Origin: Klebsiella pneumoniae
Lineage (GTDB): Bacteria; Pseudomonadota; Gammaproteobacteria; Burkholderiales; UBA3065
Direction: 5' to 3'
DNA length: 64,000 nt
Assembly (NCBI GenBank): GCA_945897555.1
Contig: CAMDGF010000002.1
Location: 389 to 64,388, forward strand
The notes under the pieces are model-generated. The model saw only the letters and a program-made list of their open reading frames with translations, did not search any database and was not told the origin of the DNA. Positions 20,797 through 36,420 of this stretch are shown here, piece by piece. Made by a program: the position numbers and the translations under genes. Within the stretch, counting starts at the first letter, position 1; the number at the start of each line of letters is the position of its first letter.

Positions 20797-21390
20797 ATGC
20801 GCCGCGCCGAAGCCACCCGCAACACCCTCGAGACGCAGATCCGCGCCGCCATCGACCTCGATGGCACTGGCAAGGGCTCGCTGGATACGGGGCTGCCGTT
20901 CCTCGACCACATGCTCGACCAGATCGTCCGTCACGGGCTGATCGACCTCGACGTCAAGGCCTCCGGTGACCTGCACATCGACGCCCACCACACGGTTGAG
21001 GACGTCGGCATCACGCTGGGGCAGGCTTTCGCGCAGGCGGTCGGCGACAAGAAGGGCTTGACCCGCTACGGGCACGCCTACGTCCCGCTGGATGAGGCGC
21101 TGTCGCGTGTGGTGGTGGATCTCTCGGGCCGTCCGGGTCTGGAGTTCCATGTCGAGTTCAGCCGTGCGCGCATCGGCGATTTCGATGTCGACCTCTTTCA
21201 CGAGTTCTTCCAGGGCTTCGTCAACCACGCGGGTGTCACCGTGCATGTCGACAACCTGCGCGGCCGCAACGCCCACCACCAGGCCGAGACCGTGTTCAAG
21301 GCGTTCGCGCGGGCCCTGCGTGTGGCGGTGACGCCCGACCCGCGTGCCGCCGGCACCATCCCGTCTACCAAGGGCGCGCTGCAGGGTTGA
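20797..21390 (+). CDS. hisB: Imidazoleglycerol-phosphate dehydratase
   Basis: [35 protein letters not shown]. Extended -10-like TGCTATCAT at 20745-20753. Confidence 0.97.
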   Translation: MRRAEATRNTLETQIRAAIDLDGTGKGSLDTGLPFLDHMLDQIVRHGLIDLDVKASGDLHIDAHHTVEDVGITLGQAFAQAVGDKKGLTRYGHAYVPLDEALSRVVVDLSGRPGLEFHVEFSRARIGDFDVDLFHEFFQGFVNHAGVTVHVDNLRGRNAHHQAETVFKAFARALRVAVTPDPRAAGTIPSTKGALQG

Positions 21391-21415
21391 TCGCCATTCT
21401 TCGAGGCTGATGAGA

Positions 21416-22090
21416 ATGTCCAGCCGCATCGCGGTGGTCGACTACGGGATGGGCAACCTGCGCTCGGTGGCCAAGGCGCTGGAGCATGCGGCGCCCGGCG
21501 CCCACATCGACGTGACCGCGGACCCTGCTGCCATCGCTGCGGCCGACCGTGTCGTCTTCCCCGGCCAGGGCGCCATGCCCGACGCCATGCGCGAGCTGAC
21601 CGGCCGCGGCCTGGTGCCGGTGCTGCGCGAGGCCATCGCCGCCAAACCCTTCCTCGGCATCTGCTTGGGCTTGCAGGCCTTGTTCGAGCACTCGGAGGAG
21701 GGCGACTGCGCTGGCTTGGGCATCCTGCCCGGGCGTGTGCGCCGCTTTGCGCCGCCGGCCGGCGCCCACAGCGGCGGCGAGCGCCTCAAGGTGCCGCACA
21801 TGGGCTGGAACACGGTGCGGCAGGTGCCTGATGCGCCCACCAGTGGCGGTGCGGTGCACCCGCTGTGGCGCGGCATCGCCGACGACAGCCGCTTCTACTT
21901 TGTCCACAGCTACTACGTCGAGCCTGCGGATCCGCACTTGGCCGCCGGCACCAGCGAGTACCCCGGCCGCTTTTGCTGCGCAGTTGCACAAGGCGGCCTG
22001 TTCGCCACACAATTTCACCCAGAGAAGAGTCAGACTGCAGGTCTGATCCTGCTGCGAAACTTTGTGAACTGGGATGGCGGATCCGTCTGA
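21416..22090 (+). CDS. hisH: Imidazole glycerol phosphate synthase, glutaminase subunit
   Basis: DYGMGNLRSV, PGQG, GICLGLQ, VPHMGWN, YFVHSY, QFHPEKS. Confidence 0.96.
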   Translation: MSSRIAVVDYGMGNLRSVAKALEHAAPGAHIDVTADPAAIAAADRVVFPGQGAMPDAMRELTGRGLVPVLREAIAAKPFLGICLGLQALFEHSEEGDCAGLGILPGRVRRFAPPAGAHSGGERLKVPHMGWNTVRQVPDAPTSGGAVHPLWRGIADDSRFYFVHSYYVEPADPHLAAGTSEYPGRFCCAVAQGGLFATQFHPEKSQTAGLILLRNFVNWDGGSV

Positions 22091-22153
22091 GCCGGTACCC
22101 CGGCTATCCTCATGCTTTATGCTTTTAGTGGCCCAATTGCACCTGCCCTTTCC

Positions 22154-22906
22154 ATGCTGCTGATCCCTGCCATCGACCTCAAGGACGGACACTGTGTCCG
22201 CCTTAAGCAGGGCCTCATGGAAGACGCCACCGTGTTCTCCGAAGAGCCCGCCGCCATGGCCGCGCATTGGGTAGCGCAGGGTGCCCGTCGCTTGCACCTG
22301 GTCGACCTCAACGGCGCCTTTGCGGGCATCCCCAAGAACGAGGCGGCGATCAAGGCGATCGTCGAGGCGGTCGGTGACGAGATCCCGATCCAGCTCGGCG
22401 GGGGCATCCGCGACCTCGACACCATCGAGCGTTATCTGGACGACGGCATCAGCTACGTCATCATCGGCACGCAGGCGGTCAAGACACCCGGCTTCCTGTC
22501 CGACGCTTGCTCGGCCTTCCCCGGCCACGTCATGGTCGGGCTCGATGCCAAGGACGGCAAGGTCGCCATCGACGGCTGGTCGAAGATGACCGGCCACGAC
22601 GTGCTCGACCTCGCGCTCAAGTTCCAGGATTACGGCGTCGAGGCCGTGATCTACACCGACATCGGCCGCGACGGCATGCTCAGCGGCGTCAACGTCGAGG
22701 CGACCGTTCGCCTGGCCCAGGCGCTCAGCGTGCCGGTCATCGCCAGCGGCGGCATCACCGGCCTCGACGACGTGCGCAAGCTTTGCGCAGTGGAGCCGGA
22801 CGGCATCATGGGCGCCATCACCGGGCGCGCCATCTACCAGGGCACGCTCGACTTCGCCGCCGCGCAGTCGCTGGCCGACGCACTGCAGGCGCCTGCGGTC
22901 GGCTGA
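22154..22906 (+). CDS. hisA: ProFAR isomerase
   Basis: [40 protein letters not shown]. Confidence 0.97.
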   Translation: MLLIPAIDLKDGHCVRLKQGLMEDATVFSEEPAAMAAHWVAQGARRLHLVDLNGAFAGIPKNEAAIKAIVEAVGDEIPIQLGGGIRDLDTIERYLDDGISYVIIGTQAVKTPGFLSDACSAFPGHVMVGLDAKDGKVAIDGWSKMTGHDVLDLALKFQDYGVEAVIYTDIGRDGMLSGVNVEATVRLAQALSVPVIASGGITGLDDVRKLCAVEPDGIMGAITGRAIYQGTLDFAAAQSLADALQAPAVG

Positions 22907-22953
22907 GCCCGCGCCGCGCGCCCGCGCAGCCATCCAGCCGCCAGCCTCCGAAA

Positions 22954-23724
22954 ATGCTCGCCAAACGCATCATCCCCTGCCTCGACGTCAACGCTGGCCG
23001 CGTGGTCAAGGGCATCAACTTCCTCGGCCTGCGCGACGCCGGTGACCCGGTCGAAGTGGCGCGCCGCTACGACGCTCAAGGCGCCGACGAGATCACCTTC
23101 CTCGACATCACCGCCAGCTCGGATGGCCGCGACTTGATCCTGCCGATCATCAGTGCGGTGGCCGAGCAGGTCTTCATTCCCCTCACTGTCGGCGGTGGCG
23201 TGCGCAAGGTGGAAGACGTGCGCCGATTGCTCAACGCAGGCGCCGACAAGGTGAGCATCAACACCGCAGCCATCCTCAACCCCGACCTGGTGCGCGAGGC
23301 ATCGGACCGGGTCGGTAACCAGTGCATCGTGGTGGCGATCGATGCCAAGCGCGAGGGAGACCGCTGGGGCGTCTACACCCACGGTGGCCGCAACGCCACC
23401 GGCCTCGATGCGGTGGAGTGGGCGCAGAAGGTGGTCGCACTCGGCGCCGGCGAGATATTGCTCACCTCGATGGATCGCGACGGCACCCGCAGCGGTTTCG
23501 ATCTGGAGCTGACGCGCGCGGTAGCCGATGCGGTGGACGTGCCGGTGATCGCTTCGGGCGGTGTCGGCGGTCTGGATGATCTCGCCGATGGCGTGACGCT
23601 GGGCCACGCCGATGCGGTGCTGGCGGCCAGCATCTTCCACTACGGCGAGCACACCGTCGGCGACGCCAAACGCCGCATGGCCGAGCGCGGCATCCCGGTG
23701 CGCATGCTCGAGGGCGCGGCATGA
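22954..23724 (+). CDS. hisF: Imidazole glycerol phosphate synthase, cyclase subunit
   Basis: [38 protein letters not shown]. Confidence 0.97.
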   Translation: MLAKRIIPCLDVNAGRVVKGINFLGLRDAGDPVEVARRYDAQGADEITFLDITASSDGRDLILPIISAVAEQVFIPLTVGGGVRKVEDVRRLLNAGADKVSINTAAILNPDLVREASDRVGNQCIVVAIDAKREGDRWGVYTHGGRNATGLDAVEWAQKVVALGAGEILLTSMDRDGTRSGFDLELTRAVADAVDVPVIASGGVGGLDDLADGVTLGHADAVLAASIFHYGEHTVGDAKRRMAERGIPVRMLEGAA

Positions 23725-24119
23725 GCGGCCCCGGCAGCTGGCTGGATGCCGTCGCCTTCGATGCGCAGGGCTTGGTGCCGGCCATCGCGCAGGACGCCGC
23801 CACCGGGGAGATCTTGATGGTGGCGTGGATGGACCGAGACGCCTTGGCACGCACAGTGGAGACCGGCACTGCTCACTATTACTCGCGGTCGCGCGGCCGG
23901 CCATGGATGAAGGGCGAGGAGTCCGGGCACACGCAGACGGTGCAGAGCGTGAGCCTCGACTGTGACGGCGACGTGGTGCGTCTGACCATCGAACAGGTCG
24001 GCGGCATCGCCTGCCACACCGGCCGACGCAGCTGCTTCTTCCGCACTCTGAGCAACGGCAAGTGGGTGGAGACACTGCCGGTGGTCAAGGACCCGGCCTC
24101 CATCTACCGCAAGCCCTGA
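23721..24119 (+). CDS. hisI: Phosphoribosyl-AMP cyclohydrolase
   Basis: [26 protein letters not shown]. Confidence 0.96.
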   Translation: MSGPGSWLDAVAFDAQGLVPAIAQDAATGEILMVAWMDRDALARTVETGTAHYYSRSRGRPWMKGEESGHTQTVQSVSLDCDGDVVRLTIEQVGGIACHTGRRSCFFRTLSNGKWVETLPVVKDPASIYRKP

Positions 24120-24222
24120 GCGCGCCACCGGCATCCCGCACACCCCATTCATGCCGACTTGGGATACCTTCGGCTGCCATGCGTTGGACGCGATCCGCCA
24201 ACCCCACAAGCCCGATACAGCC

Positions 24223-24549
24223 ATGAGCGAATCCACCGACATCCTCGACCGCCTGTCACGCCTGCTGGCGGAGCGCCGCGGCGCCGACCCCGACTCGAGC
24301 TACGTGGCCAAGCTGCACCACAAGGGTCTAGACGCCATCCTGAAGAAGGTCGGCGAGGAGGCCACCGAAGCGGTCATGGCGGCCAAGGACGGTGATCGCG
24401 ACCACGTGGTGCGCGAGGTCGCAGACCTGTGGTTCCATACGCTCGTGCTGCTTACGCACCTGGACCTTGACGCCGCCGCTGTGCGCCGCGAACTCGAGCG
24501 TCGCGAGGGTGTCTCTGGCCACGCTGAGAAGGCCGCACGCGAGGGCTAA
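24223..24549 (+). CDS. hisE: Phosphoribosyl-ATP diphosphatase
   Basis: [30 protein letters not shown]. Confidence 0.96.
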   Translation: MSESTDILDRLSRLLAERRGADPDSSYVAKLHHKGLDAILKKVGEEATEAVMAAKDGDRDHVVREVADLWFHTLVLLTHLDLDAAAVRRELERREGVSGHAEKAAREG

Positions 24550-24649
24550 GCGGCGGCAAGTGCTGGAGTTGCAACCGCAAAGGCCCGTGACCCAAGGCGT
24601 CCGACCGCAGACCCATGACCCTGATGCCAATACCAGACCGAGGAAGACC

Positions 24650-24991
24650 ATGAGCGACAACTGCATCTTCTGCAAGATCGTGCGCGGAGAGATCCCGTCC
24701 AGCAAGGTCCACGAGGACGACGACTTCTTCGTCTTCAACGACATCCGGCCGATCGCCAAGGTGCATTTTCTGGTCATCCCCAAGCGGCACGTCGAATCGC
24801 TGGCGCACTTTGATGCGTCTGATAGCGACCTGATCGGCCGCATGCTGCTGCTGGGTGCTCGCCTTGCACCGCAGCAAGGGCTCACCGAGGGCTTCCGAAC
24901 CATGATCAACACCGGCAAGGGCGGCGGCCAAGAGGTCTTCCATGTCCACGCGCACATCTTCGGGGGTGGCGAAGTCTTGCCGAAGGTCTGA
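24650..24991 (+). CDS. Histidine triad (HIT) nucleotide-binding protein
   Basis: CIFCKIV, HFLVIPKRH, GQEVFHVHAH. Usual position after hisE. Confidence 0.94.
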   Translation: MSDNCIFCKIVRGEIPSSKVHEDDDFFVFNDIRPIAKVHFLVIPKRHVESLAHFDASDSDLIGRMLLLGARLAPQQGLTEGFRTMINTGKGGGQEVFHVHAHIFGGGEVLPKV

Positions 24992-25052
24992 CCCGGCTGC
25001 GCAGACCCCGCTGCAAAGGGGTGGCGAGCCCATCGCAGTGCGTCATTTTCAA

Positions 25053-25081
25053 TTGCCCGAACGCGCGGGCGGTCCTAAACT
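25053..25081 (+). promoter_or_regulatory. Putative sigma70 promoter of gltBD
   Basis: TTGCCC (25053-25058), 17-bp spacer, TAAACT (25076-25081). Confidence 0.6.
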
Positions 25082-25093
25082 ACAGGGTCCTCT

Positions 25094-25115
25094 GCCCGCC
25101 ACGCGGGCCTTTTTT
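25094..25115 (+). terminator. Terminator-like hairpin upstream of gltB
   Basis: GCCCGC-CAC-GCGGGC followed by C and T6. Confidence 0.55.
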
Positions 25116-25147
25116 GTCTCGATCGCCGAAGCAGGAACTCGCCGCGC

Positions 25148-31046
<5,899 letters not shown>

Positions 31047-31127
31047 ACTCGCGGCTGGATAAGGCTGGGGGTCTGGTAAAGCAGTGACCTCGGCAAAGAC
31101 GCTGGCCCGCCAGGGCCTCGCTGCTAA

Positions 31128-31163
31128 AACAAAAAAGCCCGGACTCGTTCCGGGCTTTTTGTT
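31128..31163. terminator. Bidirectional intrinsic terminator (gltD / vapC)
   Basis: AAAAAGCCCGGA-CTCGT-TCCGGGCTTTTT. Confidence 0.92.
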
Positions 31164-31185
31164 GGGCGTGTATGGCATGGCGCCT

Positions 31186-31581
31186 TCAGGTGGTCATGAG
31201 GTCGACCGCCACCTCCGGAAAATCGCGCAGGATATGCTGGTCACAGGTGACCAGCGGCGCCCCTAGCCGCAGCGCCAGCGCCACAAACTCGCAGTCGTAG
31301 GCGGTGCAGGTGCTCGCAGCGACGAGGTCGAAAACAGGCGTCGAGGACATCTGGTACTCGCGGCCCGAAAGGATCCGTTCCGCGCACAGCTGGATGCCGC
31401 GCACCTCTTCAAGCGACTGCGAGCCGCGCCTCATGTAGCCGGCTAAAACGTTGCGGAACTCGCTACGCCACAAAACAGGGGCTGCCCAATGCGAATCCTG
31501 TTCGAACAGCCTCCGCGCTGGGGAGGCGTCGAGAGCGGGCAGCAGCAGATGCGCCAGAACATTCGTATCGACAACGATCAA
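31186..31581 (-). CDS. vapC: Type II TA toxin, PIN domain (VapC family)
   Basis: MIVVDTNVL, SEFRNVL, TAYDCEFVALA, LVTCD (PIN acidic residues). TTG start overlaps the antitoxin stop. Confidence 0.9.
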   Translation of the reverse strand: MIVVDTNVLAHLLLPALDASPARRLFEQDSHWAAPVLWRSEFRNVLAGYMRRGSQSLEEVRGIQLCAERILSGREYQMSSTPVFDLVAASTCTAYDCEFVALALRLGAPLVTCDQHILRDFPEVAVDLMTT

Positions 31582-31826
31582 GGGCGCCCCTCGCGCTTGA
31601 ACACATCGACGAGGTCGAGATCGAAGTTGCGTCCGCGGAGCATCTCCCGCACCTTCTCTACAGCCAAGACCTTCTCTTCATGCGACAGCTCGCGTGTCGT
31701 CTCGACGCTCGATTCAAGACGCTCGAGCACCTCGCCATTCAGGCTGCGCCGGTTCTGGGCTGCTGCAGCCTTGAGGCTCTCGTAGAGCGACTCGGGGATG
31801 TTCTTGAGCGTGATGGTGACGGGCAT
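31578..31826 (-). CDS. Ribbon-helix-helix antitoxin (FitA/Arc-like VapB)
   Basis: TITLKNIPESLYESLKAAAAQNRRSLNGEV RHH signature, C-terminal REGRP, coupled upstream of the PIN toxin, SD GGAG. Confidence 0.88.
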   Translation of the reverse strand: MPVTITLKNIPESLYESLKAAAAQNRRSLNGEVLERLESSVETTRELSHEEKVLAVEKVREMLRGRNFDLDLVDVFKREGRP

Positions 31827-31858
31827 CGTGGGCAACTCCGGATCTCGCGCCTTCTAAG

Positions 31859-31877
31859 TGGAACCATTTTGGTTCCA
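31859..31877. promoter_or_regulatory. Probable TA autorepression operator
   Basis: Perfect inverted repeat TGGAACCA-TTT-TGGTTCCA about 33 bp upstream of the antitoxin ATG. Confidence 0.7.
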
Positions 31878-32109
31878 TGGGGGTGCCCCGTCAACGGATG
31901 TGCTTGTCTCCATGCGTCACATCATCCGCAGTCCGCTACACGCCCGCATCGTCCGGATGACCGGTGTCGCCAAGCCGAGTGGTGGCATCTGGATATGGCA
32001 TCAAGATAAAGATCGAACCCTGTGCCGGGCTTTTTGCTGTCCAGAAAAGTGTCAATTCCGTGTTACGCTTTCCAAGCGTAGACAAAACAAACACAACCGG
32101 AACAGCCAC

Positions 32110-33183
32110 ATGCTGAAGAACGACACCTTCTTGCGCGCGCTCCTGCGTCAGCCCACCGAATACACGCCGCTGTGGCTGATGCGCCAGGCCGGCCGCTACC
32201 TGCCCGAGTACTGCGCCACCCGCAAGCGCGCGGGGAGCTTCCTCGGGCTGTGCAAGAACCCGGACTTCGCGACCGAGGTCACGTTGCAGCCGATCGACCG
32301 CTACGATCTCGACGCCTCGATCCTCTTCTCCGACATCCTCGTCATCCCTGACGCCATGGGGCTGGGCCTCTACTTTGCCGAGGGTGAGGGCCCCAAGTTC
32401 GAGCGGCCGCTGCGCGACGAGGCCGCCATCAAGGCGCTGCAGGTGCCGGACCCGACCGAGACGCTGAAATATGCGCTCGATGCTGTGACGCAGATCCGCA
32501 AGGGTCTGGACGGCCGCGTGCCGCTGATCGGCTTTGCCGGCTCGCCGTGGACGTTGGCCTGCTACATGATCGAGGGCGGCGCCAGCGATGACTATCGCAA
32601 CATCAAGACGCTCATGCTCTCCAGGCCGGAGCTCATGCACCACATCCTCGACATCAACGCCAAGGCTGTGATCGCCTTCCTCAACGCGCAGATCGAGGCC
32701 GGCGCGCAGGCGGTGATGGTGTTCGACAGCTGGGGCGGCTCGCTCTCGACGCATGCCTACCGCGAGTTCTCGTTGCGCTATCTGGCGCAGATCGTTGCCG
32801 GGCTCAAGAAGGAACACGAGGGCGTGCGCATCCCCAACATCGTCTTCACCAAGGGCGGTGGCCAGTGGCTGGAGATGATCGCTGCGACCGGCTGTGATGC
32901 CGTGGGCCTCGACTGGACCACCGACCTCGGCAATGCGCGCTCGCGCATCGGCGACAAGGTTGCGCTGCAGGGCAACTTCGACCCCTCGGCACTGTTCGCG
33001 CCGCCAGAGGCGATCCGCGACGAGGTGGCGCGGCTGCTGGCCAGCTTTGGCCACGGATCGGGGCACGTCTTCAACCTCGGGCACGGCATCAGCCAGTACA
33101 CTCCACCGGAGCATGTCGCCGCCCTCATCGACGCCGTCCACAGCCTCAGCCGGCAATACCACGCCCAGCCGGTCGCAGCCTGA
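32110..33183 (+). CDS. hemE: Uroporphyrinogen decarboxylase
   Basis: [44 protein letters not shown]. Confidence 0.97.
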   Translation: MLKNDTFLRALLRQPTEYTPLWLMRQAGRYLPEYCATRKRAGSFLGLCKNPDFATEVTLQPIDRYDLDASILFSDILVIPDAMGLGLYFAEGEGPKFERPLRDEAAIKALQVPDPTETLKYALDAVTQIRKGLDGRVPLIGFAGSPWTLACYMIEGGASDDYRNIKTLMLSRPELMHHILDINAKAVIAFLNAQIEAGAQAVMVFDSWGGSLSTHAYREFSLRYLAQIVAGLKKEHEGVRIPNIVFTKGGGQWLEMIAATGCDAVGLDWTTDLGNARSRIGDKVALQGNFDPSALFAPPEAIRDEVARLLASFGHGSGHVFNLGHGISQYTPPEHVAALIDAVHSLSRQYHAQPVAA

Positions 33184-33292
33184 CGGCCCGGTCACGGGAG
33201 CTGCTGCAAGCCCGCCGGGGCAAGTTGCCGAGCGCGCCACATCGGGACGAGCTGTTGGTGAAGCCGGCTCGGGGCTGACATATGCGCCCACG

Positions 33293-35347
33293 GTGGCCCG
33301 TGTCGCACTCGACGTGCCGCTCGCCGGTCCCTTCGATTACCTTGCCCCGCACGACGACCCGCTGACCGCGGACGATGTCGGCCGGCGCGTGGTGGTGCCG
33401 TTCGGTCGCCGGCGGGTGGCTGGGGTGGTGCTGGCGGTGGACGTGGCCAGCGATTGGCCACCGGAGCAGCTCAAGGCCATCGAGAGCATCGATCGCCGGG
33501 CGCCACCAGTGCCGGCAGAGGTCTTGGCGCTGGCCGCATTCGCCGCCGACTACTACCGCGCCAATCTGGGCGAGGTGCTGCTGCCGGCGCTGCCGCCGGC
33601 CCTGCGCTCGACGCGGCAGTGGCGGACGCCGCGGGCGGCTGCGGGAACGGGGGGTGCCAGCGGTGTAGCCGCTGTTGCAGCGCTCACAGGATCTGCAGCG
33701 GCCCGACCACCCCATCCCGAACTCACCCCAGAGCAAGCCAACGCTCTGGCGACACTCGCCCCGCAACTCGGCGCCGGGTTCTGCACCACCCTGCTGCTCG
33801 GCGTGACCGGTAGCGGCAAGACCGAGGTCTACCTGCGCCTGCTCGAGGCGGTGTTGGCGCGTGGTGGGCAGGCCCTCATCCTGGTGCCGGAGATCAATCT
33901 GGTGCCGCAGATGATGGCGCGGGTCCGCGAGCGCTTTCCAGCTGTTGGCGTGGTCGCACAGCACAGCGCGCTGGCCGATGGCGAGCGCCTGGCCGCTTGG
34001 CTGGCGGCGCAGTCGGGTGCGGCACGCGTAGTGGTGGGGACGCGTCTGGCGGTGTTCGCGCCACTGCCCGACCTCGCGCTGGTGGTGATCGACGAGGAGC
34101 ACGACGCCAGCTACAAGCAGCAGGAAGGGGCGCGCATCCACGCCCGCGACCTTGCCCTGTGGCGCGCCCAGCAGCGCGCGGTGCCGGTGCTGCTGGGCAG
34201 CGCGACGCCTTCGCTGGAGACGTGGGCGCGCGCCGAGGCGGGGGCGATCGGCCGCGTGACGCTGCGCCAGCGTGCCCGCGCGGCGGCCTTGCCACGGCTG
34301 GAACTGGTGGACCTGCGCCGCGCCATGGCGGCACCCGGAATCAGCTTGCGACTGCTCGATGCGCTCAAGGCACGGCTGGCGCGTTGCGAGCAGAGCCTTC
34401 TGTTCATCAACCGTCGCGGCTATTCGCCCACCTTGCGCTGCAACTGCGGCTGGTCGGCCGAGTGCCGACGCTGCAGCGCCCACTTGGTGCTGCACCGGCA
34501 GCCGCGCGCGCTGCGCTGCCACCACTGCGGCGCCGAGCACGTCACGCCGAAGGCCTGCCCGGATTGCGGCAACCTCGACCTGCAGCCGATCGGGCAGGCC
34601 ACGCAGCGCATCGAGACGCTGCTGGCCGACCTGTTGCCGGGCGCGCGCGTCGCCCGCGTCGACCGCGACAGTGTGCGCCGCCGCGAAGACTGGCCGCAGC
34701 TGCTCGCCGACATCGAGGCGCGTCGCATCGACGTGCTGGTCGGCACACAGATGCTCAGCAAGGGGCATGACTTCCCCGGCATCACGCTGGTGGGTGTGGT
34801 GGACGCAGACGGCGCCCTCTACGCCAGCGACTTTCGCGCACCGGAGCGGCTGTTCGCGCAGTTGCTGCAAGTGGCCGGCCGTGCCGGGCGCGGCGACGCG
34901 TCGGGCGAGGTGCTGGTGCAGACGCGCCTGCCGGAGCACCCCCTCTTCGACTCACTGCTGCGCGGTGACTTCGAGGGTTTTGCCGCCGAGCAGCTGGCCG
35001 AGCGGCGCGCTGCCGGGCTGCCGCCCTTCGCGCATCTGGCGATGGTCCGCGCCGAGGCTGCGGCCGACGAGCCTTGCGAGCGCTTCCTCGAAGCGGTGGC
35101 CCACACCGTGCGCGACATCGCCGCAGCGGGCCGGCAACGCGCGCAGCGCGGTGTGGTGCAGGCCTTCGACCCGGTGCCGGCCACACTGCAGCGCGTGGCC
35201 GGGCAGCACCGCTGGCAGCTCATGCTGCAGTCGGCGCAGCGGCCGGCTTTGCGGGCCGTGTTGGCCAGCTTGGTGCCGTGCCTGCCCGGTATCGCCGGCC
35301 GCAGCGTGCGTTGGGTTGTCGACGTCGATCCGCAGCAGATCGATTAG
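33293..35347 (+). CDS. priA: Primosomal protein N' (replication restart helicase)
   Basis: VVVPFGRR, GVTGSGKTEVY, DEEHD, SATPS, Cys-rich Zn region, GTQMLSKGHDFP, QVAGRAGR, DVDP. Start (GTG 33293) approximate. Confidence 0.95.
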   Translation: MARVALDVPLAGPFDYLAPHDDPLTADDVGRRVVVPFGRRRVAGVVLAVDVASDWPPEQLKAIESIDRRAPPVPAEVLALAAFAADYYRANLGEVLLPALPPALRSTRQWRTPRAAAGTGGASGVAAVAALTGSAAARPPHPELTPEQANALATLAPQLGAGFCTTLLLGVTGSGKTEVYLRLLEAVLARGGQALILVPEINLVPQMMARVRERFPAVGVVAQHSALADGERLAAWLAAQSGAARVVVGTRLAVFAPLPDLALVVIDEEHDASYKQQEGARIHARDLALWRAQQRAVPVLLGSATPSLETWARAEAGAIGRVTLRQRARAAALPRLELVDLRRAMAAPGISLRLLDALKARLARCEQSLLFINRRGYSPTLRCNCGWSAECRRCSAHLVLHRQPRALRCHHCGAEHVTPKACPDCGNLDLQPIGQATQRIETLLADLLPGARVARVDRDSVRRREDWPQLLADIEARRIDVLVGTQMLSKGHDFPGITLVGVVDADGALYASDFRAPERLFAQLLQVAGRAGRGDASGEVLVQTRLPEHPLFDSLLRGDFEGFAAEQLAERRAAGLPPFAHLAMVRAEAAADEPCERFLEAVAHTVRDIAAAGRQRAQRGVVQAFDPVPATLQRVAGQHRWQLMLQSAQRPALRAVLASLVPCLPGIAGRSVRWVVDVDPQQID

Positions 35348-35450
35348 GGCGCGAACCCCGCGACGCTTTTACGCGGCCGGTCTGCTTGTGCGGGAACTAG
35401 AACCGCCCACTGGCCGCCCAAGGGCTGCCCTTTAGCGATCTGGAGTAGCC

Positions 35451-36308
35451 ATGCGCCTCGTTCCCTACCTCGTCTCTGCCCTCCTGGCAGCCAGCGTTTC
35501 TGCCGCGGCAAACGCCGACATGGCACCCGCAACCGTCACCGACCTGCGCACACCCGAATCGGTGCTCGTGCTGCGCGACGGCACCATCCTCATCAGCGAG
35601 ATCGGTGAGTTCGGCAAGGACGGCGACGGTGCCATTGTGCGCATCAAGGACGGCCAGCGCAGCGTCTACGCCACCGGCCTGAACGACCCCAAGGGCCTGG
35701 CCGAGCGCAACGGCATCATCTATGTCGCCGACAAGGACCACGTGATGATGGTGCTCGCCGACGGCACGGTGAAGCCCTTCTTGAAGCCAGAGCAGTTCCC
35801 CAAGAAGCCGCAGTTCCTCAACGATCTGGCGTTCGATATGAACACCATCATGTACATCTCGGACAGCGGCGACATCCAGAACGGCGGTGGCGGAGCCATT
35901 TTCCGGGCCACGCCCGATGCGCGCGTGCATCTCATCGCCGACTCCACCATCAACCCGCTGGTGCAAAGCCCCAACGGCTTGTCGACGGTGGTCAAAGGTT
36001 ATGTCCTGGTGGTGGACTTTCACACCGGCGACCTCTACCGCATCCGCTTGCGCGACTTCTCGATCGAGAAGCTGGCTGAGGGCTTCGGCGGCGGCGACGG
36101 CATCGCCATGGCCGGCACCAAGCTCTACATCTCCGACTGGAAGGGCGGCAAGCTCTGGAGTCTCGACATCACCGCATCGGGCGCCAAGCCGGTGTTGGTC
36201 CGCGAGGGCTTTGCCGCCTCGGCGGACATCGATTCGACACCGGATAGCCAGTTCATCCTGGTGCCGGAGATGAAGGGTGGCAGGCTGGTGGCGGTGCCAG
36301 TGAACTGA
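35451..36308 (+). CDS. Secreted SMP-30/gluconolactonase-like beta-propeller protein
   Basis: Signal peptide (AANA), TPESV, PKGL, FLNDL, SPNGL, GGDGI repeats. SD GGAG. Confidence 0.78.
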   Translation: MRLVPYLVSALLAASVSAAANADMAPATVTDLRTPESVLVLRDGTILISEIGEFGKDGDGAIVRIKDGQRSVYATGLNDPKGLAERNGIIYVADKDHVMMVLADGTVKPFLKPEQFPKKPQFLNDLAFDMNTIMYISDSGDIQNGGGGAIFRATPDARVHLIADSTINPLVQSPNGLSTVVKGYVLVVDFHTGDLYRIRLRDFSIEKLAEGFGGGDGIAMAGTKLYISDWKGGKLWSLDITASGAKPVLVREGFAASADIDSTPDSQFILVPEMKGGRLVAVPVN

Positions 36309-36420
36309 GCGGAGTCTGTGGTTGGGGTGAGCTTGAGTGTCAGCGCCGACTCGACCCTGACCTACCGCAATGTGTGTGATGACCGCAGAGCTGGGCCCGA
36401 GGGTCCGGCTTTTTACGCCT

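Larger units (their letters stand above)
31150..32036. mobile_element. Putative integrated toxin-antitoxin cassette bounded by the direct repeat CCGGGCTTTTTG
   Basis: Identical 12-mer at 31150-31161 and 32025-32036 (14/15 identity when extended), enclosing the vapBC genes and their promoter. No recombinase inside. Confidence 0.5.

Noticed and set aside
31981-32008. Possible dif/pdif site or sigma54 promoter at the right end of the TA cassette
   Set aside because: No XerD arm (TTATGTTAAAT-like), and the GG-to-GC spacing is not N10. Kept only as a tandem 13-mer.
31858-32109. 84-aa N-terminal extension of HemE (similar extensions for HisD, HisF, PriA, PolA, Icd, AhcY, LpxH, GT4)
   Set aside because: Artefact of longest-ORF calling. 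Family homology begins at downstream starts, and the extensions cover promoters or adjacent genes.
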